Of a stretch of DNA of 64,000 nt, positions 41,638 through 52,719 are shown piece by piece; within the stretch, counting starts at the first letter, position 1; every line of letters begins with the position of its first letter. This DNA comes from Candidatus Micrarchaeia archaeon. GTDB lineage: Archaea > Micrarchaeota > Micrarchaeia > CABMEP01. The stretch is taken from assembly GCA_038881595.1 (NCBI GenBank), contig JAVZPM010000001.1:192001-256000 (forward strand), written 5' to 3'. The notes beneath the pieces are model-generated. The model did not search any database. It saw only the letters and a program-made list of their open reading frames with translations, and was not told the origin of the DNA. The translations under genes and the position numbers were made by a program.

Positions 41638-41748
41638 TGGGCCGGCGGAGATTTGAACTCCGGACCTACAGTTATCCTAAACCAGTTCTGAATATATCAG
41701 AACGCGCCATATAAGACTGTCGCTCTGACCTGGCTGAGCTACCGGCCC
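41638..41748 (-). tRNA. tRNA-Ile(TAT) with 36-nt intron at 37/38 (41674-41709)
   Basis: GGGCCGG acceptor stem; ACAGT-CT-TAT-A^A-ACTGT; BHB helix CTTA/TAGG. Confidence 0.88.
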
Positions 41749-41840
41749 TTATTATCTAGACACGAAATACTGTAGAATAGCAGAATTAATATTATATTAT
41801 AAAATATATAATTCTTTCTGTGACTATGGAGATAGAAGTA

Positions 41841-42284
41841 CTATTCACAACCAATACAATGTTCACAACCATGGCATTGCATTGATGTATATGAGTCAAC
41901 AGCATCTTTAAGTATTTCATTATGATCGAATCCGAGTTTTGGTACTTTATCTAAATCAAACCATTTTACTTCTTTAACTTCTTCATTTTCAGTCAAATTA
42001 ATAGTATTATCTTTTGGAAATGCTAGAAATGCTATGCTTATAGTATGTCTTTTATCTCTTTTGGGGTTTGAATATACACCAATTATACCTAACAATTCAA
42101 CATCAACTCCAGTTTCTTCTTTAATTTCTCTTATTGCTGCATGTTCAATATCTTCATTAATTTCTACAAACCCCCCAGGTAAACACCATTTTCCTATAAA
42201 AGGAGATTTTTTTCTTTTTATAAGAAGTACTTTATTATCATGGATTACTACAACATCAACAGCAGTAGGTCTATATTCTTTCAT
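41841..42284 (-). CDS. NUDIX hydrolase
   Basis: PGG.VE..E....AA.REIKEETG. Confidence 0.92.
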   Translation of the reverse strand: MKEYRPTAVDVVVIHDNKVLLIKRKKSPFIGKWCLPGGFVEINEDIEHAAIREIKEETGVDVELLGIIGVYSNPKRDKRHTISIAFLAFPKDNTINLTENEEVKEVKWFDLDKVPKLGFDHNEILKDAVDSYTSMQCHGCEHCIGCE

Positions 42285-42302
42285 TTTATCACCGTTTCGA
42301 AT

Positions 42303-42980
42303 TTACTGTTCTCCTTTTTCTATTCCATCACATTCCTGTTTATAAGGACAGAAATTACACATCCATCTTTTCTTTATATCTAATTTAGCCTCTGGTTCTG
42401 GAATTTCATTGTTCTTAACAGAATAATGCAATTTTTTGAATCTTGCAATTATCTTATCTGCAATAGTGGGGTCGTATTCTAAGAAAAACGCTTTACTCTT
42501 TAATGTATTCTTCTCTATATACAGTATCGCACCGTTTTTTACGCCAGTTACATGCATATAGAATTGTAGTTGCATTACATATGATTCTGAAGGTTCTTTA
42601 AGTGTATCTAATGATTTTGTTGATTTAACCTCTACAAGAACTTTTTCACCATTATGCTCTAATTGTATAAGATCATCAATTCTACCAATTACTTCAAATT
42701 CATCTATTTTATATTTCAAAGGTAATTCACTTTCTATAAGTTTTACTTCAGGGTTTTTTTCACTTTTTAAAACTTCTACTATGAATGCATGAAAAAGATT
42801 TCCTGCCTCAAATACTTTAGTAACTTCTGGTTCTACTGGTTTTGGTATTTTAATGTTAAACCAAGACTTTCTTAAACACTGACCGATTTCGGAAGGGTAG
42901 TATCTATTTTCTATTCTTTGTTTGACTTCCCTATGCAGATATCTATCTATAAATTTGTCAAAATCTATGTATTCCACCAT
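42303..42980 (-). CDS. Solo Cas4-like PD-(D/E)XK exonuclease
   Basis: PSEI..C.R, GRID, EVKS, QL..Y, C..CPY...C Fe-S cysteines. Confidence 0.85.
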   Translation of the reverse strand: MVEYIDFDKFIDRYLHREVKQRIENRYYPSEIGQCLRKSWFNIKIPKPVEPEVTKVFEAGNLFHAFIVEVLKSEKNPEVKLIESELPLKYKIDEFEVIGRIDDLIQLEHNGEKVLVEVKSTKSLDTLKEPSESYVMQLQFYMHVTGVKNGAILYIEKNTLKSKAFFLEYDPTIADKIIARFKKLHYSVKNNEIPEPEAKLDIKKRWMCNFCPYKQECDGIEKGEQ

Positions 42981-43123
42981 ATAGCTCACTTATTATTTCT
43001 AACTTATCTTTATATTTGTTCCTAAAGTTAATTTCATGTGACTATCTAAGGCTAAAAAGCGAATATTTTTATTTATTATTTCATATTATTTTATTACTAT
43101 TTAATTTTCTATTCTTTTAAAAT

Positions 43124-43198
43124 GGGCCCGTAGCTCAGTTTGGCCAGAGCGTTCGGCTCTTAACCGAAAAGTCGTGGGTTCAAATCCCACCGGGCCCG
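43124..43198 (+). tRNA. tRNA-Lys(CTT), no intron
   Basis: TTCGG-CT-CTT-AA-CCGAA anticodon arm, full cloverleaf. Confidence 0.95.
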
Positions 43199-43209
43199 CT
43201 TCTAAATAA

Positions 43210-44167
<958 letters not shown>

Positions 44168-44198
44168 TAATAAAATACCTTTTTTTGTTATCTATTTA

Positions 44199-44912
44199 AT
44201 GGGATCTTTAGCAGTTAAAGAGGAAGAGGAAAGAGAAAAGAAAAGAAGAGAGGAAGAGAAAAAGAAAAAAGAGCAGCAATCAAAGGAAGAACTACACCAT
44301 AAGACAGAAGCAAAGAAGGAAGCAATTACTAAAGGAGAGATGAAAGAAATGTCTTTCGGAGAGGCAAAACCTATTGTTGAAGTAGGGTACATGAAAGTAC
44401 ATATAAAAGGAACGCTTGCCTCTGAAAAATATGAACCGGTTATAAAGGAGTCGCTTGCGGTAAAGCTGATAGAAGAAGAAAGGAAAAAAGAGATTGAGAA
44501 AGAAAAGGAGAGGATTACAGAAGAGATACAAAAAGCAGAAGAAAAAATCAGAAGAGAGGAAGAGGCAATAAAACAGATAAGGGAAGAAATAACTAAAATG
44601 GGAGAAAAGGAAATCAAAGAGAAAGAAGCAAAGATTAAAGAAAAGTTAGAGAAAGAAAAGGCACAAGAAAGGATAAGGAAGGAAAAGGAGCAGATAAAGA
44701 AACTTCTCGATGATGCAAGGAAGAAAGGAATGCTAGAACCCATAAAAGATATTGCAAGGGAATTACTAGAAAGAGAGATAAGAAGAGGAACTCCTCCAAG
44801 GAGGGCATTGCAAACGGTGATGGTAATACTGAAGAGATTGGATCTTGTTAAGACAAAGAAGGAGAAGAAATCAATATTCGGTTTTCTTAAATCATTATTA
44901 AAGAAAAAATAA
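44199..44912 (+). CDS. Highly charged coiled-coil protein
   Basis: E/K-rich ORF with a C-terminal amphipathic IFGFLKSLLKKK. Confidence 0.65.
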   Translation: MGSLAVKEEEEREKKRREEEKKKKEQQSKEELHHKTEAKKEAITKGEMKEMSFGEAKPIVEVGYMKVHIKGTLASEKYEPVIKESLAVKLIEEERKKEIEKEKERITEEIQKAEEKIRREEEAIKQIREEITKMGEKEIKEKEAKIKEKLEKEKAQERIRKEKEQIKKLLDDARKKGMLEPIKDIARELLEREIRRGTPPRRALQTVMVILKRLDLVKTKKEKKSIFGFLKSLLKKK

Positions 44913-44974
44913 TTTGAGCCAAATTATATTGGATAGTTAATTCAAATCAAAATAATAAGTTGACCGGTGTTTTT

Positions 44975-45724
44975 ATGTCTTCTCATTCAAAAAAGTTAAA
45001 GATCATAGAAATGTACAATAAATTACTTTCAGATTACGGTAGACAAGGCTGGTGGCCAATAAAATCATTAGCAGGAAAAAAAGGTTTCGATGAAAGAGGA
45101 TATCATAAAGGTATTTTCACTTATCCTAAAACAAGAGAACAAAGGTTTGAAATAGTCATAGGAGCAATATTAACTCAAAACACAAATTGGAAAAATGTTG
45201 AAAAAGCATTGGAAAATTTATTTTCTTTTAATTTAATATCTCCTGAAGCAATATTAAGTGCAGATGAGAAAGAGCTAGCTGAAAAGATTCGTTCAGCAGG
45301 TTATTTCAATCAAAAGGCAAAAAAATTGAAGTATATCTCTTTATGGTTTATAGAAAATGATAACAAACTTAAGAAGCTTAATAGAGTATTATTCAATTCA
45401 AAAAAAGAGGCAATCAAAATTCTTGAAGCACGAAAGAATCTTCTTGATGTACACGGTGTGGGTTTTGAAACTGCAGATTCTATTCTTTTATATGCTTATA
45501 ATCTACCTATATTTGTGGTAGATACATATACAAAAAGACTTTTCAGAAAAGCAGGTTTGCTGTCAGCTAAGAATATGTCACATGAAAAAGAGTATCAAAT
45601 TATTCAAGATATGGTTCATTCAACATTTTCAGATTTATCAAATGCAGATAAATTTAAAATTTTCAATGAGTTTCACGCTTTGATTGTAGAATGGGGTAAA
45701 AATAATTCAAAAAACAGTTTCTAA
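44975..45724 (+). CDS. Endonuclease III family (HhH-GPD) protein
   Basis: GAILTQNTNW, GVGFETADSILLY, VVD.YT.R. Confidence 0.88.
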   Translation: MSSHSKKLKIIEMYNKLLSDYGRQGWWPIKSLAGKKGFDERGYHKGIFTYPKTREQRFEIVIGAILTQNTNWKNVEKALENLFSFNLISPEAILSADEKELAEKIRSAGYFNQKAKKLKYISLWFIENDNKLKKLNRVLFNSKKEAIKILEARKNLLDVHGVGFETADSILLYAYNLPIFVVDTYTKRLFRKAGLLSAKNMSHEKEYQIIQDMVHSTFSDLSNADKFKIFNEFHALIVEWGKNNSKNSF

Positions 45725-45867
45725 TTCAGATATAAAAAGAAACCTTTTTATATATGCTTAAAAATTTAGAAAAGAATTTAAATAACAAAACACATTATAT
45801 ATGAGGCATAATAAAACTAATGATTAAAAATAAGCAATATAGGATGCACCCAGTGAGGCTAGATTGA

Positions 45868-46737
45868 ATGAAAACTGATATTAAAGATATAAAAGAAGAG
45901 GCATTAAAAAGTCAAATAAGACTTGAAACAGAACTTCTTTATAATCCACTAGTTACTGATTATCTAAAAACTAATTTTGGTGAAAACTCGATCAAAGTAA
46001 TTTCCGCTGCTCTGGAAGAAATGACAGATGACGCAATAGCAGCAAGATGCAAGCTTAAAGTCGCAGAAGTAAGAGCAATACTAAATAAGCTTTACAACTA
46101 CAAAATGGCAGAGTATAAAAGAATAAAGGACAGAGATACTGGCTGGTTTTCATATATATGGAAGATAGACGTATCTAATATTCTCAATATAATAAAGGAG
46201 CAAACAATAAATAGAATAGAGGAGCTAGATAAAACAGTAGAAAAAATGAATACAGAATTTGTATACTACTGTCCACAATGCTCAAAAACAAATCTAATAA
46301 GTTTTGATCTTGCAGCTGATTTGATGTTTAGATGTCCAAATTGTGAAAATAAACTATTGGAAAAAGAAAGAGATTCAAAAGATAAGTATGAAAAAGAGCT
46401 TATTGAATTAAAATCTAAACACATTTCTTTACTTGAGGATATAAGAAAGTTCGAAGAACTTAAACGTCAAGAAGAAATTAGAATAAAGGAGCTCCAGGAG
46501 AAGATGGCGGAGATGACAAAGATAGAAGAATTATCTAAATCTAAATCAAAGATTAAAAGAGTAGTAAGTAATAAGATAATTAAGAAGTCAAATAGGAAGT
46601 TAAATAATAATTTAAACAAAAAGTCATCTATTAAAGTTAAGCATATGAAATCTAAGGAAGTATCAAGAGGCAAAGAAGCAATTATTAAAAAGAAATCATC
46701 AAAACCTGCAAAATCAAAAGGTAAGAAAAAGAGATAA
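45868..46737 (+). CDS. tfe: Transcription factor E alpha with Lys-rich tail
   Basis: Winged helix VR.ILNKL...KD.DTGWF.Y.W; CP.C...F.CP.C. Confidence 0.9.
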   Translation: MKTDIKDIKEEALKSQIRLETELLYNPLVTDYLKTNFGENSIKVISAALEEMTDDAIAARCKLKVAEVRAILNKLYNYKMAEYKRIKDRDTGWFSYIWKIDVSNILNIIKEQTINRIEELDKTVEKMNTEFVYYCPQCSKTNLISFDLAADLMFRCPNCENKLLEKERDSKDKYEKELIELKSKHISLLEDIRKFEELKRQEEIRIKELQEKMAEMTKIEELSKSKSKIKRVVSNKIIKKSNRKLNNNLNKKSSIKVKHMKSKEVSRGKEAIIKKKSSKPAKSKGKKKR

Positions 46738-46879
46738 CCTTAATGATTTAAATATTTTCTTATATGATATTTATTCAGTTATATAATTCACAATATACTA
46801 AAGTTATTCGATTGTATAATTTTATTTGATGATTTTATTCTATTAAATTTAATTTATACTTTATGTTACAGGTGAATAT

Positions 46880-47068
46880 ATGGATTATTCTGAATTTACT
46901 AAGTTTGAAATTGCAAGATTAATCGGTGCAAGAGCTCTTCAGTTATCAATGGGAGCACCACCAATGATAGAATTGCCGAATAATACGTTTGAACCTTCTG
47001 CTATTGCAAAGCTTGAATTTGAAAAGGGTGTAATTCCCCTTACAGTTTATAGGCCAAATAAAGGCTGA
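46880..47068 (+). CDS. rpoK: RNA polymerase subunit Rpo6/K
   Basis: TKFEIARLIGARALQLSMGAP. Confidence 0.95.
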   Translation: MDYSEFTKFEIARLIGARALQLSMGAPPMIELPNNTFEPSAIAKLEFEKGVIPLTVYRPNKG

Positions 47069-47096
47069 TTTCTATAATATTTAAAGGTGTTTAAAA

Positions 47097-47642
47097 ATGT
47101 TGGAATTGATATTTGGTTTAATAGTGCTTATAGTAATTATTGCTGTTTTAATATATAATAACCTAATTGTACTAAGAAACAATGTTGAAAATGCATGGGC
47201 ACAGATTGATGTGCAATTAAAGAGAAGAGCAGATCTTATTCCTAATTTAGTAAATACAGTGAAAGGATATATGAAACATGAGAGAGAAACTCTTGAAAAT
47301 ATAACAAAAGCAAGAGCCGCATTAATGTCTGCAAAAACACCACGAGAGGCAGCGCAAGCAGATAATATGCTCTCAAGCGCGCTTAAGTCCTTATTTGCAG
47401 TTGCAGAGAATTATCCAAATCTAAGGGCAAGTGAAAACTTCCTTAGATTACAAGAAGATCTTTCAGACACAGAAAACAAAGTAGCATATTCTAGGCAGTT
47501 GTATAATGATAACGTTCTCTTATACAACAGAACAATTCAAACAATTCCAAACAACATCATAGCTAGAATTTTCGGTTTCAAAGAAAAGGAATATTTCAAA
47601 GCCGAAGAAGAAGCAAAGAAAGCACCAGAAGTCAAATTTTGA
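47097..47642 (+). CDS. lemA: LemA family protein
   Basis: [32 protein letters not shown]. Confidence 0.95.
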   Translation: MLELIFGLIVLIVIIAVLIYNNLIVLRNNVENAWAQIDVQLKRRADLIPNLVNTVKGYMKHERETLENITKARAALMSAKTPREAAQADNMLSSALKSLFAVAENYPNLRASENFLRLQEDLSDTENKVAYSRQLYNDNVLLYNRTIQTIPNNIIARIFGFKEKEYFKAEEEAKKAPEVKF

Positions 47643-47744
47643 TTTAAGTTAATTCTGATTTTTTATTTTTAGTTTTCTACTTATTTTATATTTAATTTTT
47701 AGGAACATTTTTTATGTATACTCTTAACTTAACTATTATATTTT

Positions 47745-48674
47745 TTATATTGTTTCAGTCAGGATAAATATCCCACTATTTCTTCCAACTAAATTTTCTA
47801 CTTCAATAGAAGCATTAAGTGATTCCCTTGGTGTTTTATATATTCCAAAAACTGCACCGCCAGAACCAGATAATAATGCGCATTCAGCTCCAGCTTCCTT
47901 AAAACATCTCTTTACTTTCTCAAGAATTGGATACATCTTGAATACCACAATTTCAAAATCGTTATATGCAAGGTCCCCTATTCCATTCCAATTTCCTTTT
48001 ATCAGCTCTTTCTTCATCAGACACAATCTTGCCATTAAAGCCTTGTCGTAATTAGGGCCTATTTTCTCTTTTTCTTTATCTATCATATTATAAAGTGTTC
48101 CAGTTTTAGAAGGATATTCTGCCATATATCCATGAGGTATGTATATTGATACATATCTCTTAGGAAGAAAGTATTTTTCTATTATCTTGTCTCCGTATCT
48201 TTCAGCATAAGTTGCATTTCTATACATTCCCTGTGGAACATCGGCACCTATTTCTGCACCTATCTCCAACATTTCCTCTTCATTAAGTCCTAACTTAAAT
48301 CTTTCATTAATAAATTTGATTACAGGAACTGCATCAACCGCGCTTCCACCCAAACCACTTGCGATAGGAATCTTTTTTTCTATATGTATTTGATAGTTGA
48401 TTTGATCTATCTTTAATTTTGTTTTTTCGCAGATTTTAATTATTGCTTTGTAAACGCTGTTTTTTTCATTAAGCGGTATTTTTTCATTGCTTGTAAGTTT
48501 AATTCCTTTGTCTTTTGTTTCTTTTATTATCACTTCATCAAATAAATCTAGAGGCTGGAAAACAGTTTTCAATAAATGATATCCTTTTTCATCTTTTTTC
48601 CCTACTTGTAAGAAAAGATTTATTTTTGCATGAGCTTTCAATGTAACCATATCTCTATCTAATTGCATTGTCAT
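47745..48674 (-). CDS. ispE: 4-diphosphocytidyl-2-C-methyl-D-erythritol kinase-like GHMP kinase
   Basis: AKINLFL.V....GYH.L.TVFQ, KKIP..SGLGGS..DA, IGADVP, NDFE, LSGSG. Confidence 0.8.
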   Translation of the reverse strand: MTMQLDRDMVTLKAHAKINLFLQVGKKDEKGYHLLKTVFQPLDLFDEVIIKETKDKGIKLTSNEKIPLNEKNSVYKAIIKICEKTKLKIDQINYQIHIEKKIPIASGLGGSAVDAVPVIKFINERFKLGLNEEEMLEIGAEIGADVPQGMYRNATYAERYGDKIIEKYFLPKRYVSIYIPHGYMAEYPSKTGTLYNMIDKEKEKIGPNYDKALMARLCLMKKELIKGNWNGIGDLAYNDFEIVVFKMYPILEKVKRCFKEAGAECALLSGSGGAVFGIYKTPRESLNASIEVENLVGRNSGIFILTETI

Positions 48675-48691
48675 TTTATCACTTTATTAGA

Positions 48692-49366
48692 TCATTCCTC
48701 TATTTTCTCATCAAATGGACCTAAAACAAATTTCTTTTTGGCAACCTGCTTTTTTTCTTTCATTTCTTTTTCTCTTGATAATCTCTTTAGAGTTTCAAAT
48801 GAATTTTTCAATTCATTTATCTCGTTTTTTAAGTTTTTTACTTCCTCTGTAAGCAGTGATACAGGATCCACTTTCTTTTCTTTGTTAGCATCAATGTTTA
48901 GTTTTATTTCTTTTGCTATTTCTTCTGCATTTAATATGCCAGGTAAGTAAAACGTTTCATTTCCATGTATTTTGAGTACACTTATCTTAAATAGCTTATC
49001 TACCGCTGCTAAGTTATCCTCATCACAATGTGCATCTTTTAGTTCTGTATATGGGATGAATCTTTCTTTTGTAAATATTATTCCATCTGTTATTTTAATG
49101 CCTTTCTCCTCTAAAATTATTCTTTTTCTTTTTACGATAAATGTATAAAATAGAAAAGCACCCATTCCAGCTATTACAAAAGTGATTATAAATAAAGTGA
49201 GAATAACTATAGAATTAGTTTGTCCCTTTGATAGCTCTATATTTAGATTAATAGATTCGAGTAAAGAAAGAACTAAATATACTACTCCCCAAAAAACAGT
49301 CAAAACAACAAGAACTTTAGTTAAAAGCGAAAATAAATATTCTTTTGAAGTATTTATTTCTTTCAT
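48692..49366 (-). CDS. Membrane protein with bacterial PH-like domain and coiled coil
   Basis: Two TM helices, GII..KERFIPY...D..F.I..L.I pattern. Confidence 0.65.
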   Translation of the reverse strand: MKEINTSKEYLFSLLTKVLVVLTVFWGVVYLVLSLLESINLNIELSKGQTNSIVILTLFIITFVIAGMGAFLFYTFIVKRKRIILEEKGIKITDGIIFTKERFIPYTELKDAHCDEDNLAAVDKLFKISVLKIHGNETFYLPGILNAEEIAKEIKLNIDANKEKKVDPVSLLTEEVKNLKNEINELKNSFETLKRLSREKEMKEKKQVAKKKFVLGPFDEKIEE

Positions 49367-49989
49367 TCTCCCCCTTCTTTTATTTTATTATAATGAACAT
49401 TATTGAATTCATAGATGTCCTTTTCATCAGACATCCATTTTTCTATCAACTCTTCCTTTTTTCCATTTATCATTTCACTTCCAGTTGGATCTATAAAATA
49501 CCATTCATCTTTGAATTTAAAAGATACAGCTACCTTTGTCCCATCATTTATTCCAACTACAACATAACTGTCATAATTGTCAAGTGCTATCAAGATAGAG
49601 CAGAGGAAAATAGCCTTGTCCATCGGATCTCCGCCTCTTAGCTTAATAATGTCTTTTGGCATTAGCCAGAAATCAATAGGAGTTCTTATTGTTCTTATTC
49701 TTCTTATGTATTCATGAGCTTCTTTTGCTGCTGCAATAAAGTCTCTTTCATAAATATAGGGCTTGAATTTGGATTTTATTTCCTCACTAATCCTTTTTAC
49801 CTCTTCATCTCTTGGGTTTATCATTGCTTTTAAATCTGCTATCGTTTTCGTTTCGCTTTGTTCTATTGTTGATCTATATCTGTCTATTATTAGCTCAAGA
49901 AGCTTTATCCTATCTTTAAGTATGTTTATTTCGTTTCTTCTTTCAACAAACTCTTCTTTTTTTGATATAGATTTGAATTCATCAACCAT
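49363..49989 (-). CDS. Transglutaminase-like fold protein, apparently inactive
   Basis: FW..P..II..RGGDPMDKAIFLCSIL...WYFIDPT; Pro at the usual GDC Cys position. Confidence 0.6.
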   Translation of the reverse strand: MVDEFKSISKKEEFVERRNEINILKDRIKLLELIIDRYRSTIEQSETKTIADLKAMINPRDEEVKRISEEIKSKFKPYIYERDFIAAAKEAHEYIRRIRTIRTPIDFWLMPKDIIKLRGGDPMDKAIFLCSILIALDNYDSYVVVGINDGTKVAVSFKFKDEWYFIDPTGSEMINGKKEELIEKWMSDEKDIYEFNNVHYNKIKEGGE

Positions 49990-50108
49990 ATAACTCAATT
50001 TATTCTATGATTGTGAATATTAAAAATCTATCTTTTTATACATTTCTAAAAATAATTTAGAATGGTTGCTTTATTAATTGCGTTTTGCCTATCTGTATAT
50101 AAAATCTA

Positions 50109-50984
50109 TTATACTCCAAGAGTTACTCTTAAGAGATTTCTTATTCCAGGTGCAAGACCGAATATAATTATTAGAAGGTATAGAAAATATCTTTCGTTTT
50201 CATTTTCAGCCTCTCTTTCTATAATTAAAGATGCAAAAATAGCAAAGAGAACTTTTATGAATAGATAGATTATTGTTCCGTAAACAATGATTTCGCTAAA
50301 GAACCTCTCTACTACATGCTGACCAAAATAACAGATTCCTTTTTCTGTGCAAAGAGGGGAGAATCTATTGAAGATCTCTATGGCAACAAAGCTTGAAACA
50401 CCATCAAGAGTATGAGCTGCAACTGCGATTCTTGGAAGTATTTTATTTAATTTATATCTTTCCATTATAAGATGAGAAAACACCATAATCATTCCTGAAA
50501 GAGCCAGTATAGTTATTAGATAAGTAGGATCTTGAATCATACTTAATACGATAATTAAGTGAGGAAGACACAACAATATACCTATTGCAGGATAGATTTT
50601 AGGCTGTTTAAGTTTGATGCTTATATATAGCGAAAGTATTGTTATCAATCCTATAATTACATATATCCCAGGTGTGGCTGTAAGAAAACCATAGTTATAT
50701 ATTCCACTTTCAAGAAATGGACCAAATAGCCAATAGAATTGATGTTCTTTCCAATCAATGCCTGCTTCTGTAGCATCTGTAATAACTCTAACAGTTGATC
50801 CCAATATTATGAATGGAATAGTATAGATAATAAGTTCCTTTGTAAAGTATTTTTTGAATTTCTTATATATTAAAAAAGCTGCCACTATCGCAATAATTGC
50901 ATAAACAAAAGTATTAATGATATTATATCCAGTGTGTTCAATTATAGGATTAATGAAATAATCTTGTATAAAATTATCTATCAT
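50109..50984 (-). CDS. DUF63 family membrane protein
   Basis: YN.INT..YA, AH.LDG, H, GLAPG.R..LR. Confidence 0.85.
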   Translation of the reverse strand: MIDNFIQDYFINPIIEHTGYNIINTFVYAIIAIVAAFLIYKKFKKYFTKELIIYTIPFIILGSTVRVITDATEAGIDWKEHQFYWLFGPFLESGIYNYGFLTATPGIYVIIGLITILSLYISIKLKQPKIYPAIGILLCLPHLIIVLSMIQDPTYLITILALSGMIMVFSHLIMERYKLNKILPRIAVAAHTLDGVSSFVAIEIFNRFSPLCTEKGICYFGQHVVERFFSEIIVYGTIIYLFIKVLFAIFASLIIEREAENENERYFLYLLIIIFGLAPGIRNLLRVTLGV

Positions 50985-51011
50985 TTTACCACTAATTCTT
51001 GCTAATTTATT

Positions 51012-51791
51012 TTATATCCTTTTATACTCTATCCCATATTCGTTGCAGAATTCAATTATTTTTTTCCTTTGTTCTTGCTTTAATCCTTTCCAATCGATAT
51101 ATACATTTTCAACCTCTTCTGAACATCTTTCAAATGCTTGTGTAAATGTTGTATATTCAAGATTGTCTACTGCGTAATTTGGGATGATGTGCGCAAATGC
51201 AATCTTTCCTTCTATCTGATGTTTGTTAAAAGCAGGACAGTAATGCCCGCCACCAACTCCCACTGAGATCTCTTTAATTTCTATTCTTTCCATAAATTCT
51301 TCAAATTCATTTATTATCTCAGCTACAAACTCTGCATACTTCTCATTTTTCCATTCTTTTTCACTGCTTCCAATTTCAACAAAAGCGCACGGCCTCATAC
51401 AAAGTGGACCATGATGATCAACTTCCATTGTTATATTCATATCAAGTTTAATTTGTTTATTTCTCTCATTAAGAAGTGTAATTAAAGTTTTCATTCTTAC
51501 TGGATCGCTAAAAGAAATTTCTTTATCTTTTCCTCCCATCTCAGCCTTTCCCCAATTTCCAGGAACATGAACTGTAAAAGAAGGCTTTCCGCTTTCGCTT
51601 TTATGTTTGCTTGCAAATAAAATAAATTCATCCTCTATTTTTTTGACTAAATTATCTGAATAGAGTAAGGATTCCTTAACCTCAGTTAAATTCTTTTCAG
51701 AAATATCTGTGTCTCCTTTTTCAATGATAGATCTTAGGCTTTTTGCTATATTAACTCCTGCTGGATCTGCTATTGAATACAGAATTTGCAT
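51012..51791 (-). CDS. dtdA: Archaeal D-aminoacyl-tRNA deacylase
   Basis: SKH.S...TVH.PGN, E..HHGP, FVEIGS, GGGHY. Confidence 0.92.
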   Translation of the reverse strand: MQILYSIADPAGVNIAKSLRSIIEKGDTDISEKNLTEVKESLLYSDNLVKKIEDEFILFASKHKSESGKPSFTVHVPGNWGKAEMGGKDKEISFSDPVRMKTLITLLNERNKQIKLDMNITMEVDHHGPLCMRPCAFVEIGSSEKEWKNEKYAEFVAEIINEFEEFMERIEIKEISVGVGGGHYCPAFNKHQIEGKIAFAHIIPNYAVDNLEYTTFTQAFERCSEEVENVYIDWKGLKQEQRKKIIEFCNEYGIEYKRI

Positions 51792-51814
51792 TTTCCCATC
51801 TCGTTTTTATGCCG

Positions 51815-52621
51815 TTATACAAGAGAAACGCCAGCTAATATATAAATAATTAAGCCAATTAATATGAATGGAAGAAACATAGGCATATCTAGGACAGGCC
51901 ATTTCCTCCCTGTTTTGCTTAATATTTTTGCCTGCTTTTCGTCACTTAGTCTTTTTATTTTGTATTTTTCTATAATTTTTTTGTCCAACATTTCTACTGC
52001 AATTACATCTTCTGGTTCTATTTTTTTCTTCATAACCACCATTTCTTGTATTAACTGTTCTTTTGAAATTATAAAGAATATGGATTCAAAGAAAAGTATT
52101 CCTGAAACCAAAAGCAGCCAAGCAGGTAGGAATGGAAATATCATAAACATATAAATTAACAGAGCAAATGAAAATAAGAGCAATATAATCTGGAGTGATT
52201 GCCAGAGATTTATCTTTATCTTTCCTTCATTAAATCTCTTGATAATTTTTGGGAAATATTTTATCATAATCCATACTGAAGCAAGCACAGTAGCAATTGC
52301 AAGAACCATCAATGAGGAAGGAACAAATTGATTTTCGTCCAATGGAAATACAGGCAATGCAGAGTAGATCGCTGCCAGTGCTATAACGTCTGCACCACCA
52401 ATCTGTCCATTAAGATATAATATGTAAAGCACAAGTATCAAGGGAATTGCAATTGGAAGGAATTTTAAAAACAATGAATAATCAAATATATTCAAAAGTA
52501 ATGAAATTCCAAGGAATAAATAAAGAAATAGCTCAGGTACATTCTTTTTATTGAAAATATCATAATAAGCAGCAATTCCAGTTCCTACCAATGCAATTAA
52601 TATCCTAATAAGTTCTATCAT
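51815..52621 (-). CDS. Prepilin/prearchaellin peptidase (A24)
   Basis: A.YD, GGAD, PMFLPFI. Confidence 0.85.
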   Translation of the reverse strand: MIELIRILIALVGTGIAAYYDIFNKKNVPELFLYLFLGISLLLNIFDYSLFLKFLPIAIPLILVLYILYLNGQIGGADVIALAAIYSALPVFPLDENQFVPSSLMVLAIATVLASVWIMIKYFPKIIKRFNEGKIKINLWQSLQIILLLFSFALLIYMFMIFPFLPAWLLLVSGILFFESIFFIISKEQLIQEMVVMKKKIEPEDVIAVEMLDKKIIEKYKIKRLSDEKQAKILSKTGRKWPVLDMPMFLPFILIGLIIYILAGVSLV

Positions 52622-52719
52622 TTTTGCACCCTCAATCAGTTAATATCACTACTTGATTAGTATTACTATTTTAATCTTATAATTCTATCTGCTACTTTAA
52701 ACTTATAGTAAAGAGCAGT

